Shown: piece by piece, positions 1 to 13,100 of the stretch | How the letters are laid out: each line of letters starts with the position of its first letter | Numbering within the stretch: the first letter of the stretch is position 1 | Assembly: GCF_003918875.1 (NCBI RefSeq) | Contig: NW_025764891.1 | Span: forward strand, 2,418,001 to 2,482,000 | Source: Haliotis rubra | Taxonomy: Eukaryota | Direction: 5' to 3' | DNA: 64,000 bases | Translations under genes and position numbers: made by a program | The notes under the pieces: model-generated | Told to the model about the DNA's origin: nothing | Database searches by the model: none | Seen by the model: only the letters and a program-made list of their open reading frames with translations

Positions 1-315
1 TCAATCTACTGATTGGAAACTGATGACATATGTCAACCAAGTCGGCGAGCCTGACCACCCGATCTTGTTAGTCGCTTCTTACGGCAAGCAGGGTGGTGGG
101 GTAGCCTAGTGGTTAAAGCGTTGACTCGTCACGCCGATGACCCAGGTTCGAATCCCCACATGGGTAAAATGTGTGAAGCCCAATTCTGGTGTCCCCCGCC
201 GTGATGTTGCTGGAATATTGCTAAAAGCGGCGTAAAACCAAACTCAGTCAGTCAGTCAGTCTTACGGCAAGCATGGGAAACTGAAGATCAACTCTAACCC
301 GGATCTTCACAGGTT
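1..315 (-). mobile_element. Family B SINE-like retroposon (host of the nested family A copy), cut by the window edge
   Basis: Matches the copy at 18656-18933 (gatgacat..gtcaaccaagtc..ctgaccacccgatc..ggatcttcac). Confidence 0.8.
91..259 (+). mobile_element. tRNA-derived SINE (family A) nested in a family B element
   Basis: A-box-like GGTAGCCTAGTGG, B-box GGTTCGAATCC and (CAGT)n tail. 14-bp TSD tcttacggcaagca at 77-90 and 260-273. Confidence 0.9.
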
Positions 316-1172
316 CATAAGATCAAAGACTACAATACACCAGACTATAGTGATATGACATTTTATACATTTTGTACAAGTTTTTACAGATGGTTAAGCT
401 GCACTACATGAATCTCCATGTTGTCTGGAATGAACACTCAGGTGATAGACAAAGGTGAGAGAAAACAGATCCACTAGTACTAACAATAGGACAGAAGACA
501 GGACATTGACTAGACTTCACTAGTTCACTATTACATTCACAACCAAATTTGATTATCATATATATCTTTTCATACAACATCCTGCCTTGCAATATCTGAA
601 CTATTCTTTGACTTCAGTTTTGAAACACAATTAGAACTATTTCATTACATTTTCTTATCTAAACAAGTAAGTTGACATTCTTAATATTAAAAATAGAACT
701 ACATATTATATATTGCAACAAAATCAAAAATAAAAATTTATCTGATAATGGTCATATAATATTCCTCTTTTGAACATCACAATTGAACATGACAAACATT
801 GTGTTAGTATTGCACAGAGATGAGTAACCTACCAGCTATATATTCATGTTCTCAGTACAGAATTGTATTCATGATTGAAAATTGATTTGTTGAAGCAGGT
901 GCCTGTAGCCGAGGTGTACGGTTTATATGCGGAATGTACATTATATATACAAGGAAATGTGTCAATCTAAAACACACTAAAACATACCTGTACAACATTT
1001 AAATATCCTCCGTTACATAAATGCCCTTATATCATGTTTTGCCAAAACATAACAAAATGTCATAATTTATACAGCATAAAACATTTTAAAAGGTTTATTG
1101 TAAAATATGTTAATAAAATAAAGCACTATACTTTCAGAGACATTTCAACAATTGCATGAAATATTTTTACAA

Positions 1173-4100
1173 TTATATGCCAGTCTGAAGGAAGTTTCTC
1201 GTGCCCAACGGTTTTCTTGTCACCTGAAACAATAAAGGCAAAAATCGGTAAAATGTCATGAAAAGGATCACACATATATATTTCTACAAAAGTTAAGACA
1301 TAAGAATTCTGTTTTATAATTCAGTAGGTATCACCAGATTAAAACTGTCTAACTAGACTTCTGGAATACTGTTTAAAATGAAGTCCTGATTTTCAGTACA
1401 TTCAGATATACAAAAAAGCTACCTAACAAGAAATGTGGTTTCAGCGTGCCTGATGTTTGGATACAAGGACCAAGTTCCTGTTGTTTGGTTTACTTCATGG
1501 ACAGCTATATTCCATCATTGTCATGGGTGACAGCAAACATTTCAACCTTGGCTTGGCACCATATTTGTTGATTTCAAAATGTCCCATTTTAAGGGTACTC
1601 AGTTGATCACAGGGTCTTGCCACCTATCACCATTAGAGTTAGCTCTTTTGGGAATCATTAGGTACTGGGGACCTAGCTCCTACTGAGTATTTAACATGTT
1701 ACAGTGGAATGGACGAAGTTGGATGACAAGTGTTGTAAAAAAGAAGTGAAACATCATTCTCTTCCCACAGAGGTTACTCCTGTCATATCTTCCTACATAA
1801 CCTCTGTTCTAATACGACCCTTTCTTGGTGTCAGCGTTCAAGGCTCGTGATTGGAGACAAGCCGATTTAGTTGTGCAATCAGCGACGTTGTTTCAAAAGT
1901 GATCATTCGCAAGGCCTCGGTAATTTCCGTATGCTTCGGGAAAACTAGAACCTCTTCCCGAGCGCGATGCGCAAACGTTTCTTCTAGACAGAACTCAGTC
2001 ATGTAATGGCGTATCAATGGCGTCTCCATCGCCCTCGTTGACAATGGACAAGCTAGCCATTAAACGTCTTGTGTGTAACATCAACACAATTCCCCGGCAG
2101 ATGGGGGATATTTGTGGCCCCCGCATTTGCTTGTGTTAGTCAAATTGAATCTAAGTCGATGTAACACGTGTTCTGATTGGATAGAAAGAAGGGAGATAAT
2201 TCGTGTTGCGATCTTTTGCCGCTAGGGGATTTTACGAGGACCGGGAAATATGGCCGTATTAGAACAGAGGTTATGTAGGAAGATATGACAGGAGTAACCT
2301 CTGTGGGAAGAGAATGATGAAACATGTAAACAGTGCAATCTTTCACCAACTGTGATGAGTTAGGAGTGCGTATTTCTCTTGAACACATGCATGACTGGAT
2401 ACACACTGTGCCACACGTTATAAGAGGATGCAACGAGGTTTACAGCAATATGATGCCCACCCACACTGCCATGAACCATCCAACAGAAGGTCACTGACAT
2501 ACCCCCAAAACTGCTAAATCAAACCCTGCCCTGCCCTGCCCTGCCCAACAAAAGGTCACAGTGATGCCCCTAAACTGCTCTTACAGCACTTCCCTCCGGA
2601 ACCAAGTAAACTGTACCTCACCCATACAGATCAGTCCACAACCTACAAAACTGCCCTGCCCCAAAACACCCACCCCAACCCCAGAGATCACTGCCAGATC
2701 CCTCCCTAAACTGCCAACACCATCAAACACTGTGCACATGCCAGACAACCACAAACAATTAAAAGAATACAAGAAATACTACCGATGGTTTTTGTGTCGC
2801 CTAGGCTACAAGCACAGAATTGAGAAATGAGATGAGAACCCCCTAGTAGGTTCAGTCTAGGCATCACACACATCCAATAAACAGACATCATGGAGGACAT
2901 GTGGTGAGCTCAACACCTGTCCCAAATTAAAGTAAGTATCTTATCTTCATCTGACAAAATAATAATCATGAAAATAATGACTTATGGGATCTGGATTATG
3001 AATTTTGTTATATTTCAATATATATATATATATGTTGACCATATAAATGAAGCTGACAGACATGTCTTCCAACAAACAGCAAATATAGCACTATATCATT
3101 ATTAACACATGCCAACATAACCAAAACACTATAAAACAAAATCTTTTTTTTCCCACAAACTTTTTTTTCCTTTTCTGTTTTATTTCATCATGTTACAAAG
3201 ACAATAACTATTCACAAAACTGGTGAAACTGGGTATAAACATGTCCTCTAACATAAGGACCAAGTCTCCCTCTAAAGAAGCAGATGTGTGTGGAATTGCC
3301 ATTCCTGGGACCAGATTGACAAATCATTGGTAGCACTACGTGATTCACAAGCCAGAGTTATGATGGATTGAAACGCTAGGAATGTTTTGTGGATGGTGAC
3401 TGTTTAAGATACTGAAACAAAATGATACGATGGTATTCAGTAAGCATTATCGTTTCTGACTTTGTTGTGAGGGAACAGTTTCCTCGGCGTCTTCAGTTTG
3501 ACCATGAACATGGAGACCTTCTTGATGGGTGTTTTAATGAGGGTTTTCCGGTGACCCTCGAACATGTGGATCAGCTTACTCACCTGGCTCTTCTTCTCCT
3601 CTGGCTGCTTCTGAATGAAGCCCGTCTGGCGCTTCATGCCGCGACTCATCCCCTGGTTGTGTACAGGGGAGAAGCCGATGCTAAAGGATACTCTCTCGTC
3701 GGTCAGACTGCAAACAAAAGGATCATCTTTTCAGCAAACAAAACACATCATTTGGGGTTCAGTCAGAATTCCAGCACATTATTATTGTACTATTGAACAT
3801 TTTCTAAGAACCACACCTTTGACTAAAGATAGCTATTTGACAGTAGTCTGTAAATGATACACAAAGAGGCTATTAATGACATCCATCATTTGACAGGATT
3901 GTTTCGTAGTTTAACAGTCGATGACTACATGAACAACATGATGATGTCATTAAGACTTGGAAGTGTGTCGAGGCCACTCAAAGTTGTGGTCCTTTGCAAT
4001 GTTGACATAGTCAAAATATCTCTACTTTGACAAACAATATGACTTCATCCTTCAAAGATCTTAGGGCCCACAAATGAAATCTCAGTACTATGAGGAAAAG

Positions 4101-7100
4101 TTTCTGGTGTGACACATAATTACAATTTGACATAGCAAACTTGTCTGAAGAATTTACATGAAATGATATTAATTAATATTAATTTTATGTTTGACGTAAA
4201 AATATAGTTATATTCTGCCGAAATGTTTAGAGAGTATCATTGTGAATATCTTTTATCCATAACCCTGCAACTCTTTGTCTGCCTACCAGTTTAGCCGGAG
4301 CTTTATTTTCACTATCCCACCGAGGTGAGTGTGCAGTTCGTGGTGACACTCCCTTTGGAGTGCGTCTGAGAGTGCCTCGTGGTGTACGAGAGTTAGACCT
4401 CGACTTCCTCCGGGTGCTGACCGGTGTCTTTGGACTCTGGTTGAGACGTCCGGAGCTCCGCCGTGTCATGGAGTGACCATTGGCCGGTGTTGGTGGACCA
4501 GGACGCTGATACACAGTGCCATACCGAGCCTGGAACCAGACCCACACATTTACCTACTCACACAATTACCTGAGGGCACTGGTCAGTGATACAAACATTA
4601 CCCAACTAGGGCTTGCTTATGATTATAAATCCTATTTAGCTGAGTTGGAGTGAATGAGAGGGTAGGATTTTACATTGTTCTAGCAATACTCCAGCCATAT
4701 CAAAGCATGGAGATACCAGAAATGGTGTCCACACATTTTAACCATATGTGGAATCAACCGGATCCTCGGCGAGACAATCCAAAGCCGTACCCACTAGGCT
4801 ACCCCCCACACAGTAAGAGGAGCAAATGATAAGGAAAACAGGTTAATACCTGGTACCATGTCAACTTTAACTGCAGTGTTATCACAGCTGAATGTAAACA
4901 CTTAAAACGTATTTTCGTCTTGGGACTTCAAGCCAGAAAGGTGTCTCCTGGATCTCCAGTTCCAAGAACTATTACACACATCAACATCAGAAGCTACAAC
5001 AAAGGAAGCTAATCTGTAACTGTGTAATCAAGAAGCTGCAGGTGACTCACATGTTTTCTGTGGTCTTCAGGTAAGGTTTTTGATGGACCGTCATCTACGT
5101 CCATTGTGTTGGGCTTCCTCTTCTTTGAGAGAAAGGAAGCATCGGACACACGCTTGAAGCCATCATCTTCAAACTTCTTGTTTTCACATGACTGGGTCTC
5201 GACCGGGTAGGACGACTTCATGTGAGGTAAACACAGTGTATTCCGTCTCTTCAGCTCACTCAGGCGGTTCCACTCAAAGTCCAGCGGAGGTTCGTCCTCA
5301 CACGAGAACAACTTTCCAGTCCCCACTTAAAGTTTACAGAATACCTCTTTATCAAGACATTTTGTATACTATCAAATTATGTAAGTTAATGCAAACATAT
5401 TCAGTGGTTGTTAACTTCGAGTAGAAGACAGGAAGAGAAGTGTTATGATCTTTATCCATTTGTATCAAAGCCAAAGTCATAGTACTGTTTTGAGATACAG
5501 ATTGCAAAGCAGGCATGGCAAAACAGAGTTCGTTCTGGAGCAGAGCTGTTAATATATACTACCCATCAAAAGTTTAGACTCACTGAAAGCACTCACTATA
5601 TGTTATGTATATGTATGTGGTTACATCGAAGATGAATTTCTCCACCAACTTGGGGAAACCAACTGAAAACCTTATGCAGATGAATTGCACAAGGATGATG
5701 CTTCAAATTGCGAAAGGCATGAGCAAATGTCGTGCATGTGAACAGATGCGTTTTGGTGTAAAGTTTTGTTAAGAATTCGCCAATTTTCACAGATTTTAAT
5801 CATTTACTGAACTCATGACAATAATCTTTTCAATGTTACGAATATGTTTTACAATACACCAGTTCATAACTAAACAGTACCTTTAAACAGTATGGAATAT
5901 TTTGCAAAAAGCTAGTTTAGAACAGTGGACAAGTAAGTGGCTACATTTACACTAGTGAGTCTAAACTTTTGATGGGTAGTATATATAAATCAATCTCATG
6001 ACAAAAAAGTACCCAGGTGAAGGTCCACAATGTACTTACAGGGCAGTCCAAACGCTGTGCCAGTGGAGTTGAGTCTGTCGCTGGAGATGCTGCGGAGGGA
6101 TGCTCGGCTGTTGCTGGAGCGGAGAGACAGGGAGGAGCAGCTCGGAGTGAGGCCAGATGAGGAGTTTGAGGAGCTACGAGGCTAGAGGAGAGGAACATGC
6201 CAAGTCAGTATGGGACAAACTGCGCAGCATGCATGAATAGAAAATCATTTACCATTGGCAGTGTGCAGGTAGTCAGTATTGAAACGACATTAACTTGACA
6301 TGATTGATACATTCAGCATGTACCTGGTCTTTATCTAGTGGTCAATTATCAGCTCAATCTAAAACCTTTAATATCTATTCCATCATCCTGTCTTTAACTA
6401 CTATAATAATCACAACAAACACAGGCTATTACAGCATGATATTAAGACGCTGATTCCAAGCTGTTGTTACCTGGATTGGGAGATGGTGACAAGGGGCTTC
6501 CTATCCAGTGAGCTATGGGAACTGGAGCGAAGGTATTACTTGAGCCCAGCGAGTCATCCAGGATTACAAATTCAGCACTACTCCATCAGTTGTTACCATC
6601 AGCAACTGAGAGATGGTGACAACTCCATCAGGGGCTTGACCCCCTCCTCCATCAGCAACATTCTATCATCAGTGACTCCTATGGCAACATTCAACACTAC
6701 TCCATCAGCAACATTCAACACTACTTGATCAGCAACATTCAACACTACTCCATCAGCGAGTCATCCAGGCTCCCTCCTCAGCAACATTCAGCACTACTCC
6801 ATCAGCAACATTCAATCAGCAACATTCAACACTACTCATCAGCAACACACTCCATCAGCAACATTCAACACTACTCCATCAGCAACATTCACACTCCTCC
6901 ATCAGCAACACTACTCCATCAGAACATTCAAGCAGCAACATTCAACACTACTCCATTCAGCAACATTCAACACAACATTCAACAACTCAAGCAGCAACAT
7001 TCAACACACTCCTCCTTCAGCAACAACATTCAACACTCCTTCAGCAACATTACTCCATCAGCAACATTGAACACTACTCCATCAGCAACATTGCATACTC

Positions 7101-10100
7101 CTCCATCAGCAACATTCAGAACTCCTCCATCAAACACTCAAGTATATGCTATACCATTTTGAAAAGACAATGCCAGTTTAGCAGATCAACAACTTGTCTC
7201 ACCTGTATCACCACCACTGTGGCTGCCGATGTCAATGTTGAGACTGTCGTTGGCGCTGAGCTCCATGTGTCTCTGGAAGGCGTTGGTATCCCCCAGGAGA
7301 GCCGTGCCTGCCTGATCCAGCTGATGTCTATACTCTCGAACTTGGCGGTCAGCAAACTCCAGCTGGTTCTCCAGGGTACGGACTTTGGACGCTGCAAGAA
7401 CCTCTTGATTAGACCACACACGAAACATTGACTAAACCCATTTTTCAGGTGGATGGGTGGTGTTTCTCTACAAACTAAATAACTTTGATGATAAAAACCA
7501 ATCATGACCTAACTCATCAAGTGGCCCCCAATAGTTGATTTGCTCACTGCACAGCAATGAATTAATTTAACAACAATCAACTTCAACAAGTGTTTGCCAC
7601 TAATATGGCAATGTCCCCCGCCGCTAAAGAATGGAATATTCATAACATATTTACTACTTTTTATTTTTTGCTCACATACAAGATGCCTGAAATCACATGT
7701 GTCTGCATAATCCCCCAATGTAGGCTGTCGACATAATTGAAGACATTGGGTACAACAGTTCATGAGATATCACGTTAACAACAGTTTGAAAAGTGGTCAA
7801 AGTGTCGTGGTGACCTTGAAAATAAGGTCAAGGTCACCCAAGTCGACTGGTGTCTGTGTAATCCCCCAATGTAGGCTGTCACCAAATTTGAAGACATTGG
7901 GTACAACAGTTCATGAGATATTGCGTTAACAAGAAATAGGACGGACGTGGACGGACGCCACTGAATACATAGTCCCCCATTCAGCAAGTGAAACAATATT
8001 CACAGCATGTCATAAATGCCAACGAACAACCAAGGTTAAAAACCTGTTACCCAGCCAGGACCCTGTTCCACAAAATGATCTTAGAACTAAGATGCCTAAG
8101 ATGACTAAGAATACTTCAGCACAAAGGGACTTACAACAGACATAGAACTATGGATGCTTCATGGAACAGCCCTGGCCCGAGCATACTTCAATGCCCTGAG
8201 CACTCCATCACAGTGCATGACTCACCCAGTGACTTGGCCTGTGCATTCTCCTCCCTCATCTTACACATGTCTGCGTCCAGTTTCTCAGATCGCTGTCTGT
8301 GTTTCTCGGCCGTGTGTCGCTGTGTCTCCAGAGCCTTGGTCATGGTCTCCATGCTCTCCTTGTACTTGCTGTATTTGTCTTGGTACTGGCGCACCTGTTC
8401 CACCAGCCTCTGATGCTCGTCATTGGACTACAACAGACACAGAACATCATGTTACTACAACATAATGTACCTGGTTTGTGATGTCATACTTGGACAGGAT
8501 CATAAGGGAAATGTGAAGAAACTACAGGAATCAATAGTAATGAACAACTTGCTCAGATACCTAATTAATGCGTCTAAAAAGTAGTTGCTTATATCAGTAC
8601 TAACATCAGCAGAACCTAAACATCTTAATCTGTTTGTTCATTGTTCAGTGCCAAACCCAGCAATATTCAAGCTATAATGTGGCATTATAATATAAGCATG
8701 TCTGTACCAAACAAACATGACTGATATAAGCAGCTGTCCATTCTTTGAGTGCAATAACAGTCACCAACCCAGTATTTAACTTTTTAAATTCAAGGCAACT
8801 CACACTATGAGAAGACTTTTGCAGGTCCATGATCTGAGTCTTATACTTCTCAGCTTGTTTCTGGAGCTTGGCGTTCAGCTCGGATGCCACTGTGATCTCA
8901 TGCTTGTGGTCCCGCACCATCTTCTGCTCACGTTCCATTTGATTCTGCAGCTTCTGTACCAACTCCTTGCACTTCTCCTCGATCTTTGCCTTCTGGCTGC
9001 GGTGCTTCTCATTGTCAGTCTTCAGGTTATGCTCGCGTTCGGTCAGCTCCGACAGACGATGGTCCATCTCATGACACTGACTCTCAAAGTGCTGACATCG
9101 ACTGGCATATTTGCTTATTTCCTGGGCCAGGTCCGACATCTTACTTGCCGTTAGTTCCTAGAAGGAAAAATACATACAGGATATACACAGACATACAAAA
9201 TAAGTTACAGATACAGTGAGTGAGTTGGGTCTTATGCCATTTTTAGCAAAGGAAGACAAACAAGTGGAATGTGGGACCATTTCTTGACGTAGTGAGAGAG
9301 TGAGTGAGATTTTACGACACTTTTAGCAATATTCCAGCAATATCATGGTGGGGGACACAAGAAATGGGCTTCACACACTGTGGCCATGTGGGGAATCGAA
9401 CCTGGGTCTTCAGTGTGACGAGCAAACGCCTTAACCACTAGGCTACACCACCGCCCCTACAGATACAGACTTCATGTTATTATTCCATGTAAAGTATGGT
9501 AAGATAGTTTTTTAAGTTTTAACAAAATAATAATCAAGAGCTAAACAAATTGTTCACAACATGATTAACACTACATATTGTCAATACACCTACAACTAGG
9601 TCACACATTGACTTTCAGGTAGGTCAACTTTAATGAGTGAGGTGACTGGGACCTTGTTTAGCTGGATAAGTCACCATATCAGGTATGTTTATAGCACCAA
9701 GATCTTCACAAGTGAGCAATACCTGAATTTGTGGTTTAGATAAACAGCATGCCAAGTAGTTTAGCAAACAAAGCCAGAATATCATTATGAACCTTGCAGG
9801 ACTATCCGTCACCTCTACTGATCTGAAATAATAGCATCACTCTCCCCTCATCCTCACCTTCTTCTGCTGGAGTATCTCCACCTGGGTCTGCAGGCTGTCC
9901 TTCTCCATCCTGAGAGCTCGGACATCGGCGTCAGTGTGGCGCCGGGCTGAGGACAGCTCTCGCTCATGATGCGCCATCAGTGCCTCCTTCTCCTTGTCCA
10001 CCATCTCCTTCTCCTCCTCCACAGCTGCCAGCTGCAACAGCAACCGCAGAATTGGTCAGACACATTATACTGCTTGAACCTGAAAATGCTTTGAGAAAAT

Positions 10101-13100
10101 ATATATTCTTAGCTATTCAGGTTTTTGTTTAATTAGGTTCCACATACCTGCTGCTTGAGGCTCATCATCTCTGCTTCATAGCGGGAAACAGTTTCCGATG
10201 TGCTCTGTTTGAGAGAATCCTGCAACATCAAGCAAACCAATGATCTTAGAGTCAGTTTGACGTTGAATAGCGCAATCGATTTTTCTTGTCACAGATATAT
10301 CAAAACCATAACAATCAGTAATTCATTTGAAAGGGAATTCATATACAGATTTAAGAATGCAATCACAGCCCTCACCTTTTTAGTTAGCGAGTCTAGTCTT
10401 AAGCCACTTTTAGCAATATTCCAGCAATATCACAGTGGCCTCTTAGTTAGCCATGGATAGATGATGTCAGATGATGTTGAATCGTATCTATGGCCAAACC
10501 ATATGATGTCAGAGTGTCAGCCTGATGTTGAACTACGGTCATTCATTTGAAAGTAAATTACCAGATTAAGAAAACCATCATTGACCTTACCCTTGTAGTG
10601 GAATAATCTGTCTTCAGACTGTGGATCTCGTACTTGAGACAGTTCATCTGTTCTTCATACACTGCCCTCTCCGACTCTAGCTGACAGGCAAACTCAGACT
10701 CAGCTGATTCCAGTTCCTGCTTGAGCTGCATGGCCTTCTGCACAGCTGACATACACGCTCCTCCTGCACCTGTTGCAGCTGCACACTCATTTCCATGACC
10801 TGGGCCTTCAGATCAGTCACTTCACCTCCTGACCCGACTGCTCAGTCTGCTGTTCCTGCTGCAGCAGCTGCTGTCTGACTTCGGCAACATTCTGTTCGTG
10901 CTGTTGCTGCTGCTGTGCAAGCTTGTCCTCATACTCCTGCTGCCTGGTCTCCTGCAAGCTCTCCAGCTCTGCAACCTTTCCCTCCTTCTCCTCAACCACC
11001 TGTGCCATCTTCATCTCATACTCCCTCTGCACAGCAAGGATAGCATCCTCCTTGGCAATTTGCTCCTCAACCATCTTTTCTTCCAACTCTCTGTTCCTCT
11101 CTGTTAAGCAAGTTTCTAGATGTTTTGTCTTTTCTCGGTTTTCATCCAGGTTGCTTTTCATCTCTCGCTGGCTCTGAGCCATCTCCTTCAAGCAGGTATG
11201 CAGATGTGCCAACTTACTCTTGTGATCTTCTTCCATACTGGACACAGCTTGCTCACCCTCTTCTTTCATCTTCAACAGTTTCTCCTCATAATCAGCCTTC
11301 TGTCTCTCCATCATGCCCTTCAAGTCTGAAATGGTCTCCTCAAGCACAGCCTTCTGACTGAGAAGAGACCCTTCATGCTCATCCATCAAAGAAGAAATCT
11401 TATCTTCCTGACGAGTTAGCTCTTCTTTATACTGGTTCTCAAAGCTGGTCTTTCGTTCAGCCATAGCATCATCAAACTCCTCCTGTAGGGTGGACAGTTG
11501 CATGGTCCAGTAGTTTTCACACTCCTGAACCCTACTGTTGTAGTCCTCCTCCAGAGTCTTCTGTCTCTCCTTGAGTTCCTTGATGGTGTCCTCATAGTCT
11601 GTCTGTCTCCCCCGGAATGTGGTGATGCTTTCCTTAGTGGCCATCACAGCACTAGTGGCTGTAGCAATCTGAGATTCATGGCTTCGGATCAATGAGGCTT
11701 TCTCCTCCTCAAAACTCTTTCGAAGTTTCTTCATGTTTTCACTCTGACTTGACTCAAGAACTGCAATCTTCCCCTCAAAGTTATTCTGAAGAAGTGCCAG
11801 TTCTTCCTCTTTTTCATCCTCAATACTTTCAATGACTGTTTTATGTTCCTCCTTTAATGTGTTAACCATTTCTTCATACTGACACAGCTGCTGTTGAAGT
11901 TCAGCAGTTGCAGCCTTACTGTTCTTGACATCAGCTTCACACTTCTCCACCAACACTTTCCGTTCCTCCTCACTGCTCTGAGCCAGCCTCTCCATCTCAA
12001 CAACCTTCTGCTGAAGCTCCTCCACCATCTTCTCCTTCACACAGACTGTGTCCGAGAGGGACTGGATGGTATCAGTTTCAGTCTCCACCTCAGCCCTGAG
12101 AGACTGAAGCTGCTCCATCATCTCATTCTGCTGACTAACCTGCTCTCTCTTCACCTCCTCAAGATTGGCCTCCAAATCTCCGACTTTGCTTTCCAGCAAG
12201 CTTATCTCAGACACAAGGTACTGCTCCCTGGATGTAAACTGCTCCTTTTGAGAGTCCTGGTTTATGGTAGCCTCCTCAACGGTGTGTTCCAGCTGACAGA
12301 TCTTCTCCTGCAGCTCCTTCTCCCGCTGCACATATCCTTCCACTTCAGACTTCAGCTCATGCTTCAGATCCTCTATCTTGTCCTTGAACTCAGCCAGATT
12401 AGAATTAAGTTTCTGTTCCTTCAGCACAAAGTCCCGGGTCTCTCCATCCTTCAGAGAAGCCACCTCCTCCAGCTGCACCTGCATCTCAGCAACTCTGACA
12501 TCCATCTTCTGTTGCAGTGATGCCTGTTCCTGCTGCTTCACCTCAAGCTGCTTCTTCAGATCACCAACTGTTTTTTCCATAGATGTCTCACTTGCCTTCA
12601 GCTGCAGAAGAAGGTCTTCCTTATCCCCACTAACACAGGCAAGCTGTTGCCTCAGATCTTCCTCAGCCTGCTGAGCTTTTGTTGTGATCACATCCATATC
12701 TAGCCTCATTGCCACAAGTTCCTCATCTCTCTCCCTGAGTCGACTCTCACATTGCTGTTGTTCCTCTTGTGCTGAGCAAAGCAGCTGTTCTTTCTCCAAC
12801 AGCATCTTTTGGTGCTGCTCAATGGTAACAGTAAACTGTCTAATGCTTTCAGCATGCTCTGCTAATGTTGAATCTTTTTCAGTAATAGTGTCAAATAATG
12901 TCTTTTTTTCACTCGTCATGTCATTTATTTTTTCTGAAAGGTTAGTAACAAGAGATTCTTTCTCAGCAATTGTCAGTTTGCACTGTTCCATCTCAACTCC
13001 TAACATCTGTATCTGAGACTTTGCCTCAGCCAGGACTGTCTCAGTTTCTGCTATAACACTCTGCTGTGTGTCAACATTAGAGGACAGGGTTTCAACCATA

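Noticed and set aside
6725-7162. 145-aa Q/H/S/N-rich ORF
   Set aside because: It is a translation of the 24-bp minisatellite.
10745-10845. Programmed ribosomal frameshifting or stop read-through in NuMA
   Set aside because: There is no slippery heptamer, two successive shifts would be needed, and similar indels elsewhere in the window point to sequence error.
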